Assembly (NCBI GenBank): GCA_029210695.1 | Contig: JARGFH010000001.1 | Location: 1 to 64,000, forward strand | Direction of reading: 5' to 3' | Origin: Acidimicrobiia bacterium | GTDB taxonomy: Bacteria; Actinomycetota; Acidimicrobiia; Spongiisociales; JAHEDJ01 | Length of the DNA stretch: 64,000 nucleotides | Shown: positions 9,232 to 19,874 of the stretch, piece after piece | Position numbering within the stretch: the stretch's first letter is position 1 | Layout: each line of letters begins with the position of its first letter | Notes under the pieces: model-generated | What the model was told of the DNA's origin: nothing | The model's input: only the letters and a program-made list of their open reading frames with translations | Databases searched by the model: none | Position numbers and translations under genes: made by a program

Positions 9232-10893
9232 TCAGCGCCGGCCAATCCCGCGTTCTTTGAGTTCTTGCAGGATAGCCTCGAGACTCGAATCTACGTTGAA
9301 TGAACGCTCTTCTGTTGTCTCCGGCTCCTTCTCGAATTCCCGGCGCTCGGGCGGACGGCGACGCGGCTCACGCGGCGCGGAAGTTGCGCCCGCCGAAGGC
9401 GGCGCCGGCCGGTCCTGCCAATCAGGAGAAGCCTGCTTGATCGAAAGGCTCACCCGGCGGCGACCTTCGTCCATCTCGGTGACCTTGACTTTGACCGGCT
9501 GCCCGATCGAAAGCTCGAGTTCCGGTGACTCCACCCGATGAGCGGCAATCTCCGAAACATGCACAAGACCCTCGACGCCGTCGCCGACGGAGACGAATGC
9601 TCCGAACGGGACCGTCTTCGTCACGGTGCCGTCCACAACCGAGCCCACGTCATGCACACTCGAGAAGGCTTCCCAGGGGTCTTCCATGGTCTGTTTGATC
9701 GAGAGGGAGATCCGTTCGCGATCGAGATCGACCTCGAGCACCTTGATCATCACTTCGTCTCCGACCTTCACGACCTCTGAAGGATGGTTGACGTGTTGAA
9801 AGGAGAGTTCGGACACGTGCACGAGTCCGTCCATGCCACCCAGGTCCACAAATGCACCGAAGTTCACCACCGAGGAAACCACCCCCGGGCGAATCTCGCC
9901 CACTGCCAAATCGTCGAGGAAGGCTTGACGTTGCTCGGCCTGAGCCTCTTCGAGGAACGCCCGCCGTGACAACACGACGTTGTTGCGATTGCGATCGAGT
10001 TCGATGACCTTGGCTTCGATGTCCTGACCGACGTACTGGTCGAGATCGCGCACCCTGCGCAACTCAACGAGCGATGCAGGTAGGAATCCACGCAGGCCGA
10101 TGTCGACGATGAGGCCGCCCTTGACGACCTCGATGACGGGGCCCGTCACCGTGCCACCCTCATGGGTGATAGTCTCGATCCGGCCCCAAGCGCGCTCGTA
10201 CTGCGCACGTTTCTTCGAGAGGATGAGACGACCCTCGTCGTCTTCCTTGTCCAGGACCACCGCCTCGATGCGCTCACCGGGGGACACGACGTCGGCCGGA
10301 TTCACGTTGTTGCGAATGGACAGCTCAGAAGCCGGGATCACACCCTCGGATTTGTAACCGATGTCAACGAGGACCTCGTTCTGATCGATACCGACGACGG
10401 TACCTTCGACGATGTCGCCTTCGGAGAACTCGAGGACCGTGTGAGCGAGCGCGGCTTCGAAGTCATCGGCGATATCGTCCGGCAGGTCGGCGAGTGTCTT
10501 GACGACGATCGGCTTCGGGGGCTGGCGAACCACTGCCTCAACCGGAGCCGCCTCAGGGGCTTCCTCCGCGGGCGCTTCGGAAACGGCTTCCTCCGCTTCG
10601 GAGACGGCCTCAGCCTGTTCTCCGGGAGCCGGTTCGGCGGGCACTTCAGAGACTTCTGCAGCGGGCGCTTCGGCAATGACCGCGGCCGCCGATTCTTCAG
10701 CGACCTCCCCGGCGACGGGTGTGACCGTCTCCTCGGGTGCGTCTTCGACTAACTCTGCGACCGCTTCCGCCACTACGGCTTCGTCGGTCGTTTCGGTCTG
10801 ATCAGTTTCGGCCGCCGGAGTTTCCGGTTCGAGGTCGGCCACCGCATCGCTCGCCTCATCGGCGATAGGCGCGGATTCGTTTTCGGTCGTCAT
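9232..10893 (-). CDS. rpsA: 30S ribosomal protein S1 with long acidic N-terminal extension
   Basis: Four S1 repeats (VDIGYKSEGVIP, GLRGFLPASLVE, DGLVHVSELS, EGLVHVSEIA). Confidence 0.96.
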   Translation of the reverse strand: MTTENESAPIADEASDAVADLEPETPAAETDQTETTDEAVVAEAVAELVEDAPEETVTPVAGEVAEESAAAVIAEAPAAEVSEVPAEPAPGEQAEAVSEAEEAVSEAPAEEAPEAAPVEAVVRQPPKPIVVKTLADLPDDIADDFEAALAHTVLEFSEGDIVEGTVVGIDQNEVLVDIGYKSEGVIPASELSIRNNVNPADVVSPGERIEAVVLDKEDDEGRLILSKKRAQYERAWGRIETITHEGGTVTGPVIEVVKGGLIVDIGLRGFLPASLVELRRVRDLDQYVGQDIEAKVIELDRNRNNVVLSRRAFLEEAQAEQRQAFLDDLAVGEIRPGVVSSVVNFGAFVDLGGMDGLVHVSELSFQHVNHPSEVVKVGDEVMIKVLEVDLDRERISLSIKQTMEDPWEAFSSVHDVGSVVDGTVTKTVPFGAFVSVGDGVEGLVHVSEIAAHRVESPELELSIGQPVKVKVTEMDEGRRRVSLSIKQASPDWQDRPAPPSAGATSAPREPRRRPPERREFEKEPETTEERSFNVDSSLEAILQELKERGIGRR

Positions 10894-11032
10894 GGGTGGT
10901 TGTGTTTCCTCCGAGAGAGATGCTCTCGCGACGGAACGTCACGAGGCGGAAAGAGTGTATCACGGAACAGCATCCGGCCTCCAGTCGAAACCCGGCGAGC
11001 TTGCAGATCATCCCAGGTGTCTGGGAGTCGGA

Positions 11033-13651
11033 TTAACCCTTGCACTCGGCCAGGTTGGCGCCATTCGAGACATCGACTCGCAGCGGCACCGAGAGCTCGA
11101 CCACGCTCTCCATTGTGGACACCAGTAGTCCGGTCGCTTCCGTCATCTCGTCGGGGGGAACTTCGAGCACCAGTTCATCGTGGATCTGGAGCAGCATCCT
11201 CGACTCGAGGCCGGCCAGGCGGGTGTCGAGTTCGACCATCGCCTTCTTGATGATGTCCGCCGCCGCTCCCTGAATCGGAGCATTCAGCGCCATCCGCTCC
11301 CCCATTTGACGGATGCGGAAGTTGTCGCTCTTCAGTTCGGGAAGGTACCGGCGCCGGCCGAACAACGTCTCCGTGTATCCCAACCGCTTGGCGTCCACGA
11401 CCACGGAATCCATGAACGCCCGCACATCGGGGAACTGGGCGAAGTAGGCGTCGATGTGCTCGGTCGCTTCCTCGCGGGTGATCTCCAGCCGGTCGGCCAG
11501 GCCGAACGCCTCCATCCCGTACAGCAGTCCGAAGTTGATGGCCTTCGCCCTTCTCCGCAACTCGACGGGAACGTCATCGAGATCCCTGCCGAACACCCGG
11601 GCGGCGGTGGCGGTGTGGATGTCCTGATCATTCTTGAAGGCCTCGAGCAGCCCGGGGTCGCCGCTGAGGTGGGCGAGGATCCGGAGTTCGATCTGCGAAT
11701 AGTCGGCGACCACGAACGTCCACCCGGCCTCCGGAACGAAGGCCCGCCGGATCAGGCGGCCCGTCTCCGACCGCACCGGGATGTTCTGCAGATTCGGATT
11801 GTCTGAAGAGAGCCGTCCCGTCGAGGCAGCGATCTGGTTGAACGAAGTGTGAATCCGTCCGTCCGCCGCGATCAAGGGCAGATAGCCGTCCACATAGGTT
11901 GACCGCAGCTTCTCGAGTTCGCGGTACCGAAGCAGGTGCTCGACGATCGGGTGGGCGTCCCCCAGCTTCTTCAACACTGAGGCGTCGGTCGACGGAGCCC
12001 CCTTCGAGGTTTTCTTGAGAACAGGGAGGTCGAGCCGGTCGTAGAGCACCTCACGCAACTGGAGCGTTGAGTTGATGTTGAAAGGTCCGCCCGCAGCCTC
12101 ATGAATCAGCACTTCGAGATCGGCCAGCTGAGCCCTCAGGTCGTCGCCGAGCCCTTCGAGGTACTTCCGATCAATACCGACGCCCCGTACCTCCATCCGG
12201 GCCAGGACACCGAGCAGAGGGATCTCGACCTCGTCGAACAAGGGCCGCTCGCTGCGCGTGTCGAGTTCATCCATCAGTGCCCCGGAAAGCCGGCGGAGCA
12301 CAACGGCCCGCCGGCCTGCCGCTTCGAGATCAGGTCCACCGGAGAAATCGAACGCCCCCTGGCTGCCACCGGACGCCTCTGTGTCGGGTGACTCGACCTC
12401 GAGACCCAGGTAGCGGTCCGCCAGATCGCGCAACTCGAATGACCGGGCGGCCGGGTCGATGAGGTAGGCAGCCAGGGCCGTATCGAGATCGAGTCCATGG
12501 ACCTCGAGGTTCCTGGCCAGCATCTCGCGGACAAAGCCCTTGGCATCGTGAGCAGTCTTGGGGACCCCCTCATCCGTGAAGAAGGGACTCCATTCATCGA
12601 TCCGGTCGATAGGCAAGAAGGCGGCCGTCTCATCGTCGACGGCGATGACCACCCCGACCAGCTCACCTCCTTCATGGAGCGGGTCGAACGCGATTCGATC
12701 CATCCGGGACAGCAGTTCGTTCATCTCTTGGCCGGGCGGGATCACGACTTCGACGTCGAGTGCTTCCACCTCCGGGGCGCCGTCCGGATGCACCGCCATC
12801 AGTTCATCGAACAGCGAATGGAACTCGAGGCTCTGGAACAGGACCTTCATCCGGTCGAGATCCCAGTTTGTCCAGGTCAGCTCATCCACCACGGCACCGG
12901 TGTCGAGATCGAGAATCAGCTGCATCAGATGCCGGTTGAGGAACGCTTGGGCACTCGCAGCCTCGAGGTTCTCGCGCAGCTTGGGCGTCATCTCATCGAG
13001 ATGCTCGTAGATGCTCTCGAGTGTGCCGTAGGAGGCGACCAGCCGCGCCGCCGTCTTCTCCCCGACGCCGGGCACGCCGGGCAGATTGTCCGACGTGTCG
13101 CCGCGCAATGCTGCGTAGTCGACGTACTGCGCAGGGCTGATGCCGTAGCGCTCAGTCACCCACGGCTCATCGGCCATGACGATGTCGGAAATGCCGCGGC
13201 GCGTGTAGACCACCTTCACCCTGTCATTCACCAACTGGAACGCGTCGCGATCACCCGTCACGATCAGCACATCCCAACCCTCATCGGAGGCACTCGTAGC
13301 AAGGCTGCCGATGATGTCGTCTGCCTCGTACCCCTCCATGCGGAACTGGGTGATCCCCAGCGAGTCGAGCACCTCATCGATCAGTGGCAGTTGACTCCGG
13401 AAGGTGTCGGGAGCTTTCTCTCGCTGTGCCTTGTACTCGGGGTATTCATCGGTGCGGAACGTCCTCCGCCCTACGTCCCAGGCCACAGCCAGGCCGTCGA
13501 CGGGGTGATCCTTGAGGAGACGGATCAGCATTCTGGCGAACCCATACACCGAATTGGTGACTTGCCCCGATTGAGTGGCGAGATCTTCCGGGAGCGCGTA
13601 GAACGCGCGGTAAGCCAGGCTATGGCCGTCGAGCAGGGCGAGAGTGGGCAT
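11033..13651 (-). CDS. polA: DNA polymerase I
   Basis: LLDGHSLAYRAFYAL 5'-3' exonuclease; ADYSQIELR, KAINFGLLYG and QIHDEL polymerase motifs. Confidence 0.98.
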   Translation of the reverse strand: MPTLALLDGHSLAYRAFYALPEDLATQSGQVTNSVYGFARMLIRLLKDHPVDGLAVAWDVGRRTFRTDEYPEYKAQREKAPDTFRSQLPLIDEVLDSLGITQFRMEGYEADDIIGSLATSASDEGWDVLIVTGDRDAFQLVNDRVKVVYTRRGISDIVMADEPWVTERYGISPAQYVDYAALRGDTSDNLPGVPGVGEKTAARLVASYGTLESIYEHLDEMTPKLRENLEAASAQAFLNRHLMQLILDLDTGAVVDELTWTNWDLDRMKVLFQSLEFHSLFDELMAVHPDGAPEVEALDVEVVIPPGQEMNELLSRMDRIAFDPLHEGGELVGVVIAVDDETAAFLPIDRIDEWSPFFTDEGVPKTAHDAKGFVREMLARNLEVHGLDLDTALAAYLIDPAARSFELRDLADRYLGLEVESPDTEASGGSQGAFDFSGGPDLEAAGRRAVVLRRLSGALMDELDTRSERPLFDEVEIPLLGVLARMEVRGVGIDRKYLEGLGDDLRAQLADLEVLIHEAAGGPFNINSTLQLREVLYDRLDLPVLKKTSKGAPSTDASVLKKLGDAHPIVEHLLRYRELEKLRSTYVDGYLPLIAADGRIHTSFNQIAASTGRLSSDNPNLQNIPVRSETGRLIRRAFVPEAGWTFVVADYSQIELRILAHLSGDPGLLEAFKNDQDIHTATAARVFGRDLDDVPVELRRRAKAINFGLLYGMEAFGLADRLEITREEATEHIDAYFAQFPDVRAFMDSVVVDAKRLGYTETLFGRRRYLPELKSDNFRIRQMGERMALNAPIQGAAADIIKKAMVELDTRLAGLESRMLLQIHDELVLEVPPDEMTEATGLLVSTMESVVELSVPLRVDVSNGANLAECKG

Positions 13652-13660
13652 GAACCGTGA

Positions 13661-13942
13661 TCATAGGTCCCGGAGTCGATCGAGGAGCTTGCCTCGCTTC
13701 TCCTCGAGCCTAAGGCGGCGTGCTTGCACTTCGGCGACCGCCCGTTCGAACCTGGCGACATCTGCGGCAGTCTGGCGGGCGCCGGCCCGATCCTCCGGGT
13801 GATCTGAAACCGCGGCATCGCGCTGGGCGTCGTCGTTGAGGTGACGGTGGAACTGAAGCTCCTCGAACACCTGCGCTTCTTCGCGCTCGAGTTCGGCGAG
13901 GCGCTCGTTCATCTGGAAGATACGTCGTTCTGTGCGGGACAT
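13661..13942 (-). CDS. Small coiled-coil hypothetical protein (93 aa)
   Basis: Helical heptad-like sequence MSRTERRIFQMNERLAELERE...; GGAG SD before ATG 13942; upstream part of the track ORF overlaps the tRNA and is excluded. Confidence 0.7.
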   Translation of the reverse strand: MSRTERRIFQMNERLAELEREEAQVFEELQFHRHLNDDAQRDAAVSDHPEDRAGARQTAADVARFERAVAEVQARRLRLEEKRGKLLDRLRDL

Positions 13943-13967
13943 CAGACTCCGGGTGGCGGGCATGTAG

Positions 13968-14051
13968 TGCCGGGGGCGGGACTTGAACCCGCACGGACCA
14001 AGGTCCAATGGATTTTGAGTCCATCGCGTCTGCCAATTTCGCCACCCCGGC
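13968..14051 (-). tRNA. tRNA-Leu (CAA), CCA not encoded
   Basis: GCCGGGG acceptor stem, D loop TGGCAGA, anticodon arm ATGGA-CTCAAAA-TCCAT, long variable arm, GGTTCAAGTCC T loop. Confidence 0.96.
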
Positions 14052-14132
14052 TCGGCGAGAAGTGTAGAGCATACGGAGGAGGCGGTCGCCACGCCTCGCC
14101 ATCCTCTCAAAGCCCACCGCAAATCCTGATGA

Positions 14133-14258
14133 GGAGTATTCTTGAGGTGCAACGGTCACTCGAAATCTGGATCGCTCTTCGCCGCATCCCCCCACTCCCC
14201 ACTCCCGGCTGGAACGGTCCGAGTTTCATACGGGTGACCGTTGCCTTGAAGAGGTTCT
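14133..14258 (+). ncRNA. Candidate structured RNA: long irregular hairpin with C-rich apical loop
   Basis: Nested pairings GCAACGGTCAC/GTGACCGTTGC, GGATCG/CGGTCC, GCCG/CGGC; mismatches are G-U compatible on the + strand. Confidence 0.45.
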
Positions 14259-14328
14259 AGGTCAATAGGTTCTAGGTTGTGGCGCGTCAGAACCTAAGAC
14301 CCAAAACTTAGAACCTAGAACTTCCTCT
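14250..14328. repeat. Heptamer (AGGTTCT/AGAACCT) tandem repeats arranged as an inverted repeat downstream of trpA
   Basis: AGGTTCT AGGTCAA TAGGTTC TAGGTT ... AGAACCT AAGACCC AAAACTT AGAACCT AGAACT. Confidence 0.75.
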
Positions 14329-14330
14329 TT

Positions 14331-15128
14331 TCATAATGCCGCGCGAAACTCCCTCACGCCGGTGGCTACCGACGAGATTGCGTCCGCTGGTGTCCTCGCC
14401 TCGAGGACCCGGCGCACCAATGCCGAGCCGACTATCACTCCGTCGGCCGATGCTGCGACGGCAGCTGCTTGCTCGGGGGTCGAAATGCCCACTCCCAGCA
14501 CCAGGGGAATATCGGTCAGCGCCCGGATCCTGCCGGCGAGTTCCCCGGCCCGACTGCTGGCAACCTTGCGTTCGCCTGTGACCCCCAGATCGGCGACCCC
14601 GTAGATGAAGACCGGTTCTGCGTCGACGATCCGGCGCAGTCGTGCCTCCGTTGTCGTCGGGGCTGCGAACAGAACCATGCCGAGTCCGGCCCGTTCGACG
14701 GCCTCCTGGATGGGACCGGCTTCCTCGAGGGGGAGATCGGCAACGATCACCCCGCTGACGCCGTGATCGGCTGCCCGGCGGGCGAATTCATCCGGTCCGG
14801 CCTGCACGACGACGTTCGCGTAGGTCATGACGAGAGCCGGCAAGCCGGTCCGGGCGACCACCCGACCGGCGATTTCGAGCCCTTCCTCGAGGCCAACGCC
14901 GGTAGCCAGGGCTCGCGCCCCGCCTTCCTGAATGATGGGCCCATCCATCAGCGGATCCGAGTAGGGGATCCCCACCTCGAATCCGTCGGCGCCGGCCCCG
15001 GCCATCGCCTCGAACATCTCGACCGCATGTCCGGGGTCGGGCAATCCGGCCGTCATGAACGGCAAGAGCGCGGTGGAATTGCCGGCGCGGCGAGCCGCGA
15101 ACATAGACGTGAGTCGTTCGGCGCTCAC
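14331..15128 (-). CDS. trpA: Tryptophan synthase alpha chain
   Basis: [32 protein letters not shown]. Confidence 0.96.
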   Translation of the reverse strand: MSAERLTSMFAARRAGNSTALLPFMTAGLPDPGHAVEMFEAMAGAGADGFEVGIPYSDPLMDGPIIQEGGARALATGVGLEEGLEIAGRVVARTGLPALVMTYANVVVQAGPDEFARRAADHGVSGVIVADLPLEEAGPIQEAVERAGLGMVLFAAPTTTEARLRRIVDAEPVFIYGVADLGVTGERKVASSRAGELAGRIRALTDIPLVLGVGISTPEQAAAVAASADGVIVGSALVRRVLEARTPADAISSVATGVREFRAAL

Positions 15129-16294
15129 GAGCGGGCCTCGGCGATCTGCTGAACGTCTTTGTCGCCCCGACCGGAGAGATTGACGAGTACGGTCTTGCCC
15201 TGGAGTTCCCCGGCGGCCTTGGCGATCCAGGAGATCGCATGAGCAGATTCGAGGGCAGGAATGATGCCTTCGGTCCTGGCCAGCAAACTGACTCCTTCGA
15301 GCGATTCGTCGTCTGTGATCGACACGTAGCGAGCGAGACCGAGGTCCTGGAAGTAGGCGTGTTCCGGGCCGACTCCCGGATAGTCGAGTCCTGCCGAAAT
15401 GGAATGCGCCTCCTGCACCTGGCCGTCGGCGTTCTGCAAGAGGTAGGTTCGGGTTCCATGGAGAATTCCGGGCGAGCCCTCACCCAGTGAGGCACCATGC
15501 CGGCCGGTCTCGATGCCCTCTCCGGCCGCTTCGACTCCGACCAGATCAATGCCCAGACCGGCGAACGGATAGAAGATCCCGATGGCGTTCGACCCACCGC
15601 CAACACACGCCACCACGACATCCGGCAGATCCTCGCCCAGTTGCTCGAGTGACTCATCTCCGATCACCCGCTGGAATTCACGCACCATCCAGGGGAAGGG
15701 ATGCGGACCGACCACCGAACCGATCACATAGTGAGTGGTCTCGACGGTACCAACCCAATCTCGCATGGCTTCGTTTACCGCGTCCTTCAGCGTCCCGGCC
15801 CCACTCGTGACCGGGATGACGCGGGTGCCGAGCATCTGCATGCGGTACACGTTGAGCGACTGCCGCTCGATGTCCTTCTCCCCCATGAACACCTCGCACT
15901 CGAGGCCGAGCAGGGCGGCGGCCGTCGCAGTGGCGACGCCGTGCTGTCCGGCTCCGGTCTCTGCGATCACGCGCGGTTTGCCCATACGGCGGGCGAGAAG
16001 AACCTGGCCGATGGCGTTGTTGATCTTGTGGGCGCCGGTATGAGCGAGATCTTCTCGCTTGAGCAACACCCGGAACCCGAGCTGAGCACTCAAGCGTTCG
16101 GCCTCGAAGATCGGGGTGGGGCGGCCGACGAAATCCTTCAGCAGGCGGTCGAGCTCGGCGCGGAACCCGGGGTCCACCCAGGCGGCCTCAAAGGCGTGCT
16201 CGAGCTCTTCGAGTGCAGGCATCAAGGTCTCGGGAGCGAACCGCCCTCCGAACTCGCCGAAGCGGCCTCGTGAATCGGGTCGTTCCAGTTTCAT
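15125..16294 (-). CDS. trpB: Tryptophan synthase beta chain
   Basis: [17 protein letters not shown] lysine, [15 protein letters not shown]; start at MKLERP overlapping trpF stop. Confidence 0.97.
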   Translation of the reverse strand: MKLERPDSRGRFGEFGGRFAPETLMPALEELEHAFEAAWVDPGFRAELDRLLKDFVGRPTPIFEAERLSAQLGFRVLLKREDLAHTGAHKINNAIGQVLLARRMGKPRVIAETGAGQHGVATATAAALLGLECEVFMGEKDIERQSLNVYRMQMLGTRVIPVTSGAGTLKDAVNEAMRDWVGTVETTHYVIGSVVGPHPFPWMVREFQRVIGDESLEQLGEDLPDVVVACVGGGSNAIGIFYPFAGLGIDLVGVEAAGEGIETGRHGASLGEGSPGILHGTRTYLLQNADGQVQEAHSISAGLDYPGVGPEHAYFQDLGLARYVSITDDESLEGVSLLARTEGIIPALESAHAISWIAKAAGELQGKTVLVNLSGRGDKDVQQIAEARS

Positions 16295-16887
16295 TGGTTC
16301 TTGGCCTCCCTCACAAACGCCCTGATGCGTTCGGGATCTTTCACTCCGGCGGCAGACTCTAGGCCGGTGGAGGCGTCGACCCCCCACGGGCGAACCCGGG
16401 TGATCGCCGCCGCCACATTGTCAGGGCCCAGTCCTCCGGCCAGCACGAAGTCGCGCTGCACTCCTTCGGTCAGACTCCAGTCGAACGGCGTACCGGTTCC
16501 ACCCGACCGGGTCGGCTGAGAGTTGTCGAGCAACGGAATGCGATCGGCCGGGATCTCGGCAGGGTCGACGGCCGCGTCCATGGCCACGGGGTGGAGCACG
16601 AGCAATCCCCTCGCGACCGCCGCGTCGCCTGCGGCCTGAGCGTAGCGACCATGAGGTTGGACACCGCTTGCACCGGTGTCATCAACCCAGCGCATCAGCT
16701 GCTCGGGTTCTGTATCAACAGTGACGAGCACCGTTTGGATGGAGAGGTCGGCACCAAGGGAACGGGCGATATCGGGTGACACGCGGCGGGGCGAATCGGC
16801 CAGAACGAATCCGACCGCGTCGGCTCCGGCTTCGACCGCCGCCTCGACGTCCCGGCGCAGTCGCAATCCACACACCTTCACCCACAT
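16291..16887 (-). CDS. trpF: Phosphoribosylanthranilate isomerase
   Basis: [34 protein letters not shown]. Confidence 0.95.
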   Translation of the reverse strand: MWVKVCGLRLRRDVEAAVEAGADAVGFVLADSPRRVSPDIARSLGADLSIQTVLVTVDTEPEQLMRWVDDTGASGVQPHGRYAQAAGDAAVARGLLVLHPVAMDAAVDPAEIPADRIPLLDNSQPTRSGGTGTPFDWSLTEGVQRDFVLAGGLGPDNVAAAITRVRPWGVDASTGLESAAGVKDPERIRAFVREAKNQ

Positions 16888-17651
16888 CGGGCACCGGCCG
16901 CCACGAACCGCCCGACGAGCTCCGACGGGTCCTCTGCCCGGACCAGACTCTCCCCCACCAGCACCGCGTCGTATCCGGCTGCCGCCATCCTGGCGACATC
17001 TTCGGGCGAGTGGATTCCGCTCTCGGCAACACGCTGCACACCGGCACCGAGGAGCGGCGCCAGTTGCTCGGCGGTAGTTAGGTCGACCTCGAACGTGCGC
17101 AGGTTTCGATTGTTCACGCCGATGATCTTCGCCCCAACGCCTTGCGCCCGGGCAACCTCCTCTGCAGAGTGGACCTCTACGAGTGCCGGCAGGCCTGCTC
17201 CGGTTGCTTCAGTCAAGAGGCTGAGCAGCATCGCGTCGTCGAGGATCGCCACGATCAGCAGGATGGCATCTGCGCCCATCGCCGCCGACTCCCAGACCTG
17301 GGAGGGATGGATGATGAAGTCCTTCCGGAGAACGGGAACCCCGACAACGCCCCGGACCAGGCGAAGATCATCCGGGGAGCCGCCGAAGTGGTCGTGCTCG
17401 GTCAGAACCGAAATCGCAGCCGCCCCTCCCTGCTCATAAAGGGCAGCCTGTCCGGCCGGATCCAGATCGGCGTTGAGCGTCCCCCGCGATGGCGAACGCC
17501 GCTTCACTTCGGCAATGATCGAAACGCCGGGGCCGGACAGGGCTGCAGCGAACGACCGGTCCGTGACGCCGGCCGCGGAGCGGTACTCGTCGTAGCGGGC
17601 AACAACTGCGGGGAGTCGCGCCTCGACGGCGGCGACGATTGTGTCGAGCAT
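16878..17651 (-). CDS. trpC: Indole-3-glycerol phosphate synthase
   Basis: IAEVKRRSPSRG, LRKDFII, IGVNNRNL, AESGI. Confidence 0.96.
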   Translation of the reverse strand: MLDTIVAAVEARLPAVVARYDEYRSAAGVTDRSFAAALSGPGVSIIAEVKRRSPSRGTLNADLDPAGQAALYEQGGAAAISVLTEHDHFGGSPDDLRLVRGVVGVPVLRKDFIIHPSQVWESAAMGADAILLIVAILDDAMLLSLLTEATGAGLPALVEVHSAEEVARAQGVGAKIIGVNNRNLRTFEVDLTTAEQLAPLLGAGVQRVAESGIHSPEDVARMAAAGYDAVLVGESLVRAEDPSELVGRFVAAGARCG

Positions 17652-17657
17652 GAGGGC

Positions 17658-19112
17658 CTACATCGTAGGGGCAGGGGATTCTTTGGTGGGCAGGACCACC
17701 GTGATGATCGTTCCCGGGTGATCCAGGTTCGATCGGGCCTCGATGGTGCCTCCCATCGCGGTAACGATTTCGTGCACGATCGACAAGCCGAGCCCCGAAC
17801 CCTCGGGACGCACACGCCGGTACTTCCTGGCGACGTAGAACTTCTCGAACACGTGCGGGAGGTCATCGGCCGAGATGCCAGGTCCGGTGTCGATGACTTC
17901 GAGACGGACGGACCCGGGACCTACCGCCAGCCTGACGGTGACGGTGCCTGCCTCGGGCGTGTAGCGGAGCGCGTTCTCGATCAGGTTGCCGGCGATCTGA
18001 TCGAGCCGGTCCGGGTCGATCGCCACCGTGCCACCGCCGGCTGGCTCAAACCGGAGGGTGATGTGGGCGGCTTCGGCCCGCCCCCGGTAAGCCTCAATGG
18101 TCTCTCCCAGATGGGCGGAGACCTCGACCGGTTCCGCCCGAATCGAGAATTCGTTCGACTCGAGCCGGGCGAGCAGCATCAAGTCTTCTATCAACCTCTT
18201 GAGACGGCCCGTCTCCCGTTCGAGCACCCCGGCGATCCGGCTGAGTTCGGGCCCGTCGAGGTTTCCCTCTTGGAGAATCTCGACATATCCGGAGACCGTC
18301 GTGAGCGGGGTCCGGAGGTCATGTCCAACACTCATGAGGAACTCGCGTTCGCGCTGTCGGGCTGCGTCCAGTTCGTCCGCCATCTCATTGAAGGACCCGG
18401 CCACAGCCGCAATCTCGTCCGATCCTTCGACGGCGGCTCGGGCCTCATGATTGCCGGCGGCCAGTTCGCTCGCCGCCTCCCGGAGGTGCGCCAAACGCTT
18501 GACGAACCATTTCGATAGCCTCCCTGCGACGACGGCTGCCACCAACGCCGCCACCAGAAGCGGAAACACCATCTGTCTGATGATCGAACGGAATTCGAGC
18601 ACATCCGACTGGCGGATCAGCACTGCCGCCAGCACCGTGCCCGTCCTCCCGATCTCCGCCACCGGCTCGGCGACGACCTCGACGACTGCTCCGCCTTCGA
18701 GGTCCGCGACCCGTCTGGCCATGGTTTCGCCGGACAGGATCGCGGCGAAGTCGAACGCCCGTACTACCGCGACCGGAAGCTCACCGCCCACGATTCGTTC
18801 ACCGGACGTCACCGCCACCAGGCGAACCTGCGCTTCGGGTCCGGCCACCCTGCCGGCTTCGAGAAGGGTCCGCCGCACCGTCGGCGCCGAGTTCTCGGCC
18901 AGTAGATCGCGGGCACCGGCGCCGTCGAGGTCGACACCGTCGGTCACGAACGCGTCCTGGATCAACCCGACGATCTGTCCGACCTGGCGTTGCATCTCCT
19001 GACGAGTCTGGGCCCGAACGAGCGAGAGGGTCACCAATGCTCCGAGGGCGGTCACGATGAGGAGGGTGGCGGCCATCGCACCGAGTAGCGACCAGAAGAA
19101 CCGGCGTCTCAT
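17658..19112 (-). CDS. HAMP-domain sensor histidine kinase
   Basis: Two TMs, HAMP, H-box GHDLRTPLT, N-box NLIENALRY, G-boxes DTGPGI and GSGLGL; ATG at 19112 overlaps regulator stop. Confidence 0.93.
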   Translation of the reverse strand: MRRRFFWSLLGAMAATLLIVTALGALVTLSLVRAQTRQEMQRQVGQIVGLIQDAFVTDGVDLDGAGARDLLAENSAPTVRRTLLEAGRVAGPEAQVRLVAVTSGERIVGGELPVAVVRAFDFAAILSGETMARRVADLEGGAVVEVVAEPVAEIGRTGTVLAAVLIRQSDVLEFRSIIRQMVFPLLVAALVAAVVAGRLSKWFVKRLAHLREAASELAAGNHEARAAVEGSDEIAAVAGSFNEMADELDAARQREREFLMSVGHDLRTPLTTVSGYVEILQEGNLDGPELSRIAGVLERETGRLKRLIEDLMLLARLESNEFSIRAEPVEVSAHLGETIEAYRGRAEAAHITLRFEPAGGGTVAIDPDRLDQIAGNLIENALRYTPEAGTVTVRLAVGPGSVRLEVIDTGPGISADDLPHVFEKFYVARKYRRVRPEGSGLGLSIVHEIVTAMGGTIEARSNLDHPGTIITVVLPTKESPAPTM

Positions 19113-19786
19113 CAGATCACTTCGATCCGGTAGCCAACGCCCCAGACCGTCTCGATGGGAATACCTTCGAGCTTCTTGCGGAGCTGCCGGATGTGCACGT
19201 CGACCGTGCGGGTTTCCCCGAAGTAGTCGTATCCCCAGACTGCTTCGAGGATCTGCGCTCGGGACAGCACCATTCCCTTGTGATCGGAGAGGTACCAGAG
19301 AAGATCGAACTCCTTGGCGGTTGGACGAATGGGATCTCCGTGTGGAGGCTTGACCTCCCGTCTTCCACTGTCGATCGTCCATCCACCCACTTCGATGAAG
19401 CGCCGATCGGTGGGACGATCCTGGGATCGTCGTAGGACGGCTTTGACTCGTGCAACGAGTTCCCGAGCCGAGAACGGTTTCGTCACGTAGTCGTCTGCGC
19501 CGATCTCGAGCCCGATGATCTTGTCGATCTCGGTGTCCCGGGCCGTCAGCATGATTACGGGAACATCGGATTTCGACCTGATCCGCTTGCACACCTCAAC
19601 GCCGTCCATACCGGGCAGATTCAGATCGAGGAGCACAACCAGCGGTTCGGTACGGGCAAGACGGCGAAGCCCGTCCTCACCGGTCAGTTCGTGAACGAGC
19701 CGAAGGCCTTCTCGCTCGAACACGGTCGAGAGCATCTCGCCGATGCTCTCCTCGTCTTCGATCAGCAGGATCGAACCTTTGTTCAT
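19112..19786 (-). CDS. OmpR/PhoB-family response regulator
   Basis: IEDE, LLDLNLP, KPFS; winged helix RTVDVHIRQLRKKL, TVWGVGY. Confidence 0.95.
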   Translation of the reverse strand: MNKGSILLIEDEESIGEMLSTVFEREGLRLVHELTGEDGLRRLARTEPLVVLLDLNLPGMDGVEVCKRIRSKSDVPVIMLTARDTEIDKIIGLEIGADDYVTKPFSARELVARVKAVLRRSQDRPTDRRFIEVGGWTIDSGRREVKPPHGDPIRPTAKEFDLLWYLSDHKGMVLSRAQILEAVWGYDYFGETRTVDVHIRQLRKKLEGIPIETVWGVGYRIEVI

Positions 19787-19874
19787 GGCGCTCCATCATC
19801 GTACCGGTCGCCTGGTATTGCTCTGGTGACGGGGGGTCACAGCACCATCGTCGCCGGACATTGTTCGAAAACGA

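Noticed and set aside
13900..13970. tRNA 3' end as an integration site
   Set aside because: No integrase or duplicated tRNA 3' end seen; flanks are housekeeping genes
13943..14152. N-terminal 70 codons of the 163-aa track ORF
   Set aside because: Overlaps tRNA-Leu; real start is more likely 13942
19113..19592. Long N-terminal extensions of track ORFs for the kinase, murC, murG, murD and rsmH
   Set aside because: They overlap upstream genes in another frame; internal starts with stop/start overlaps fit better
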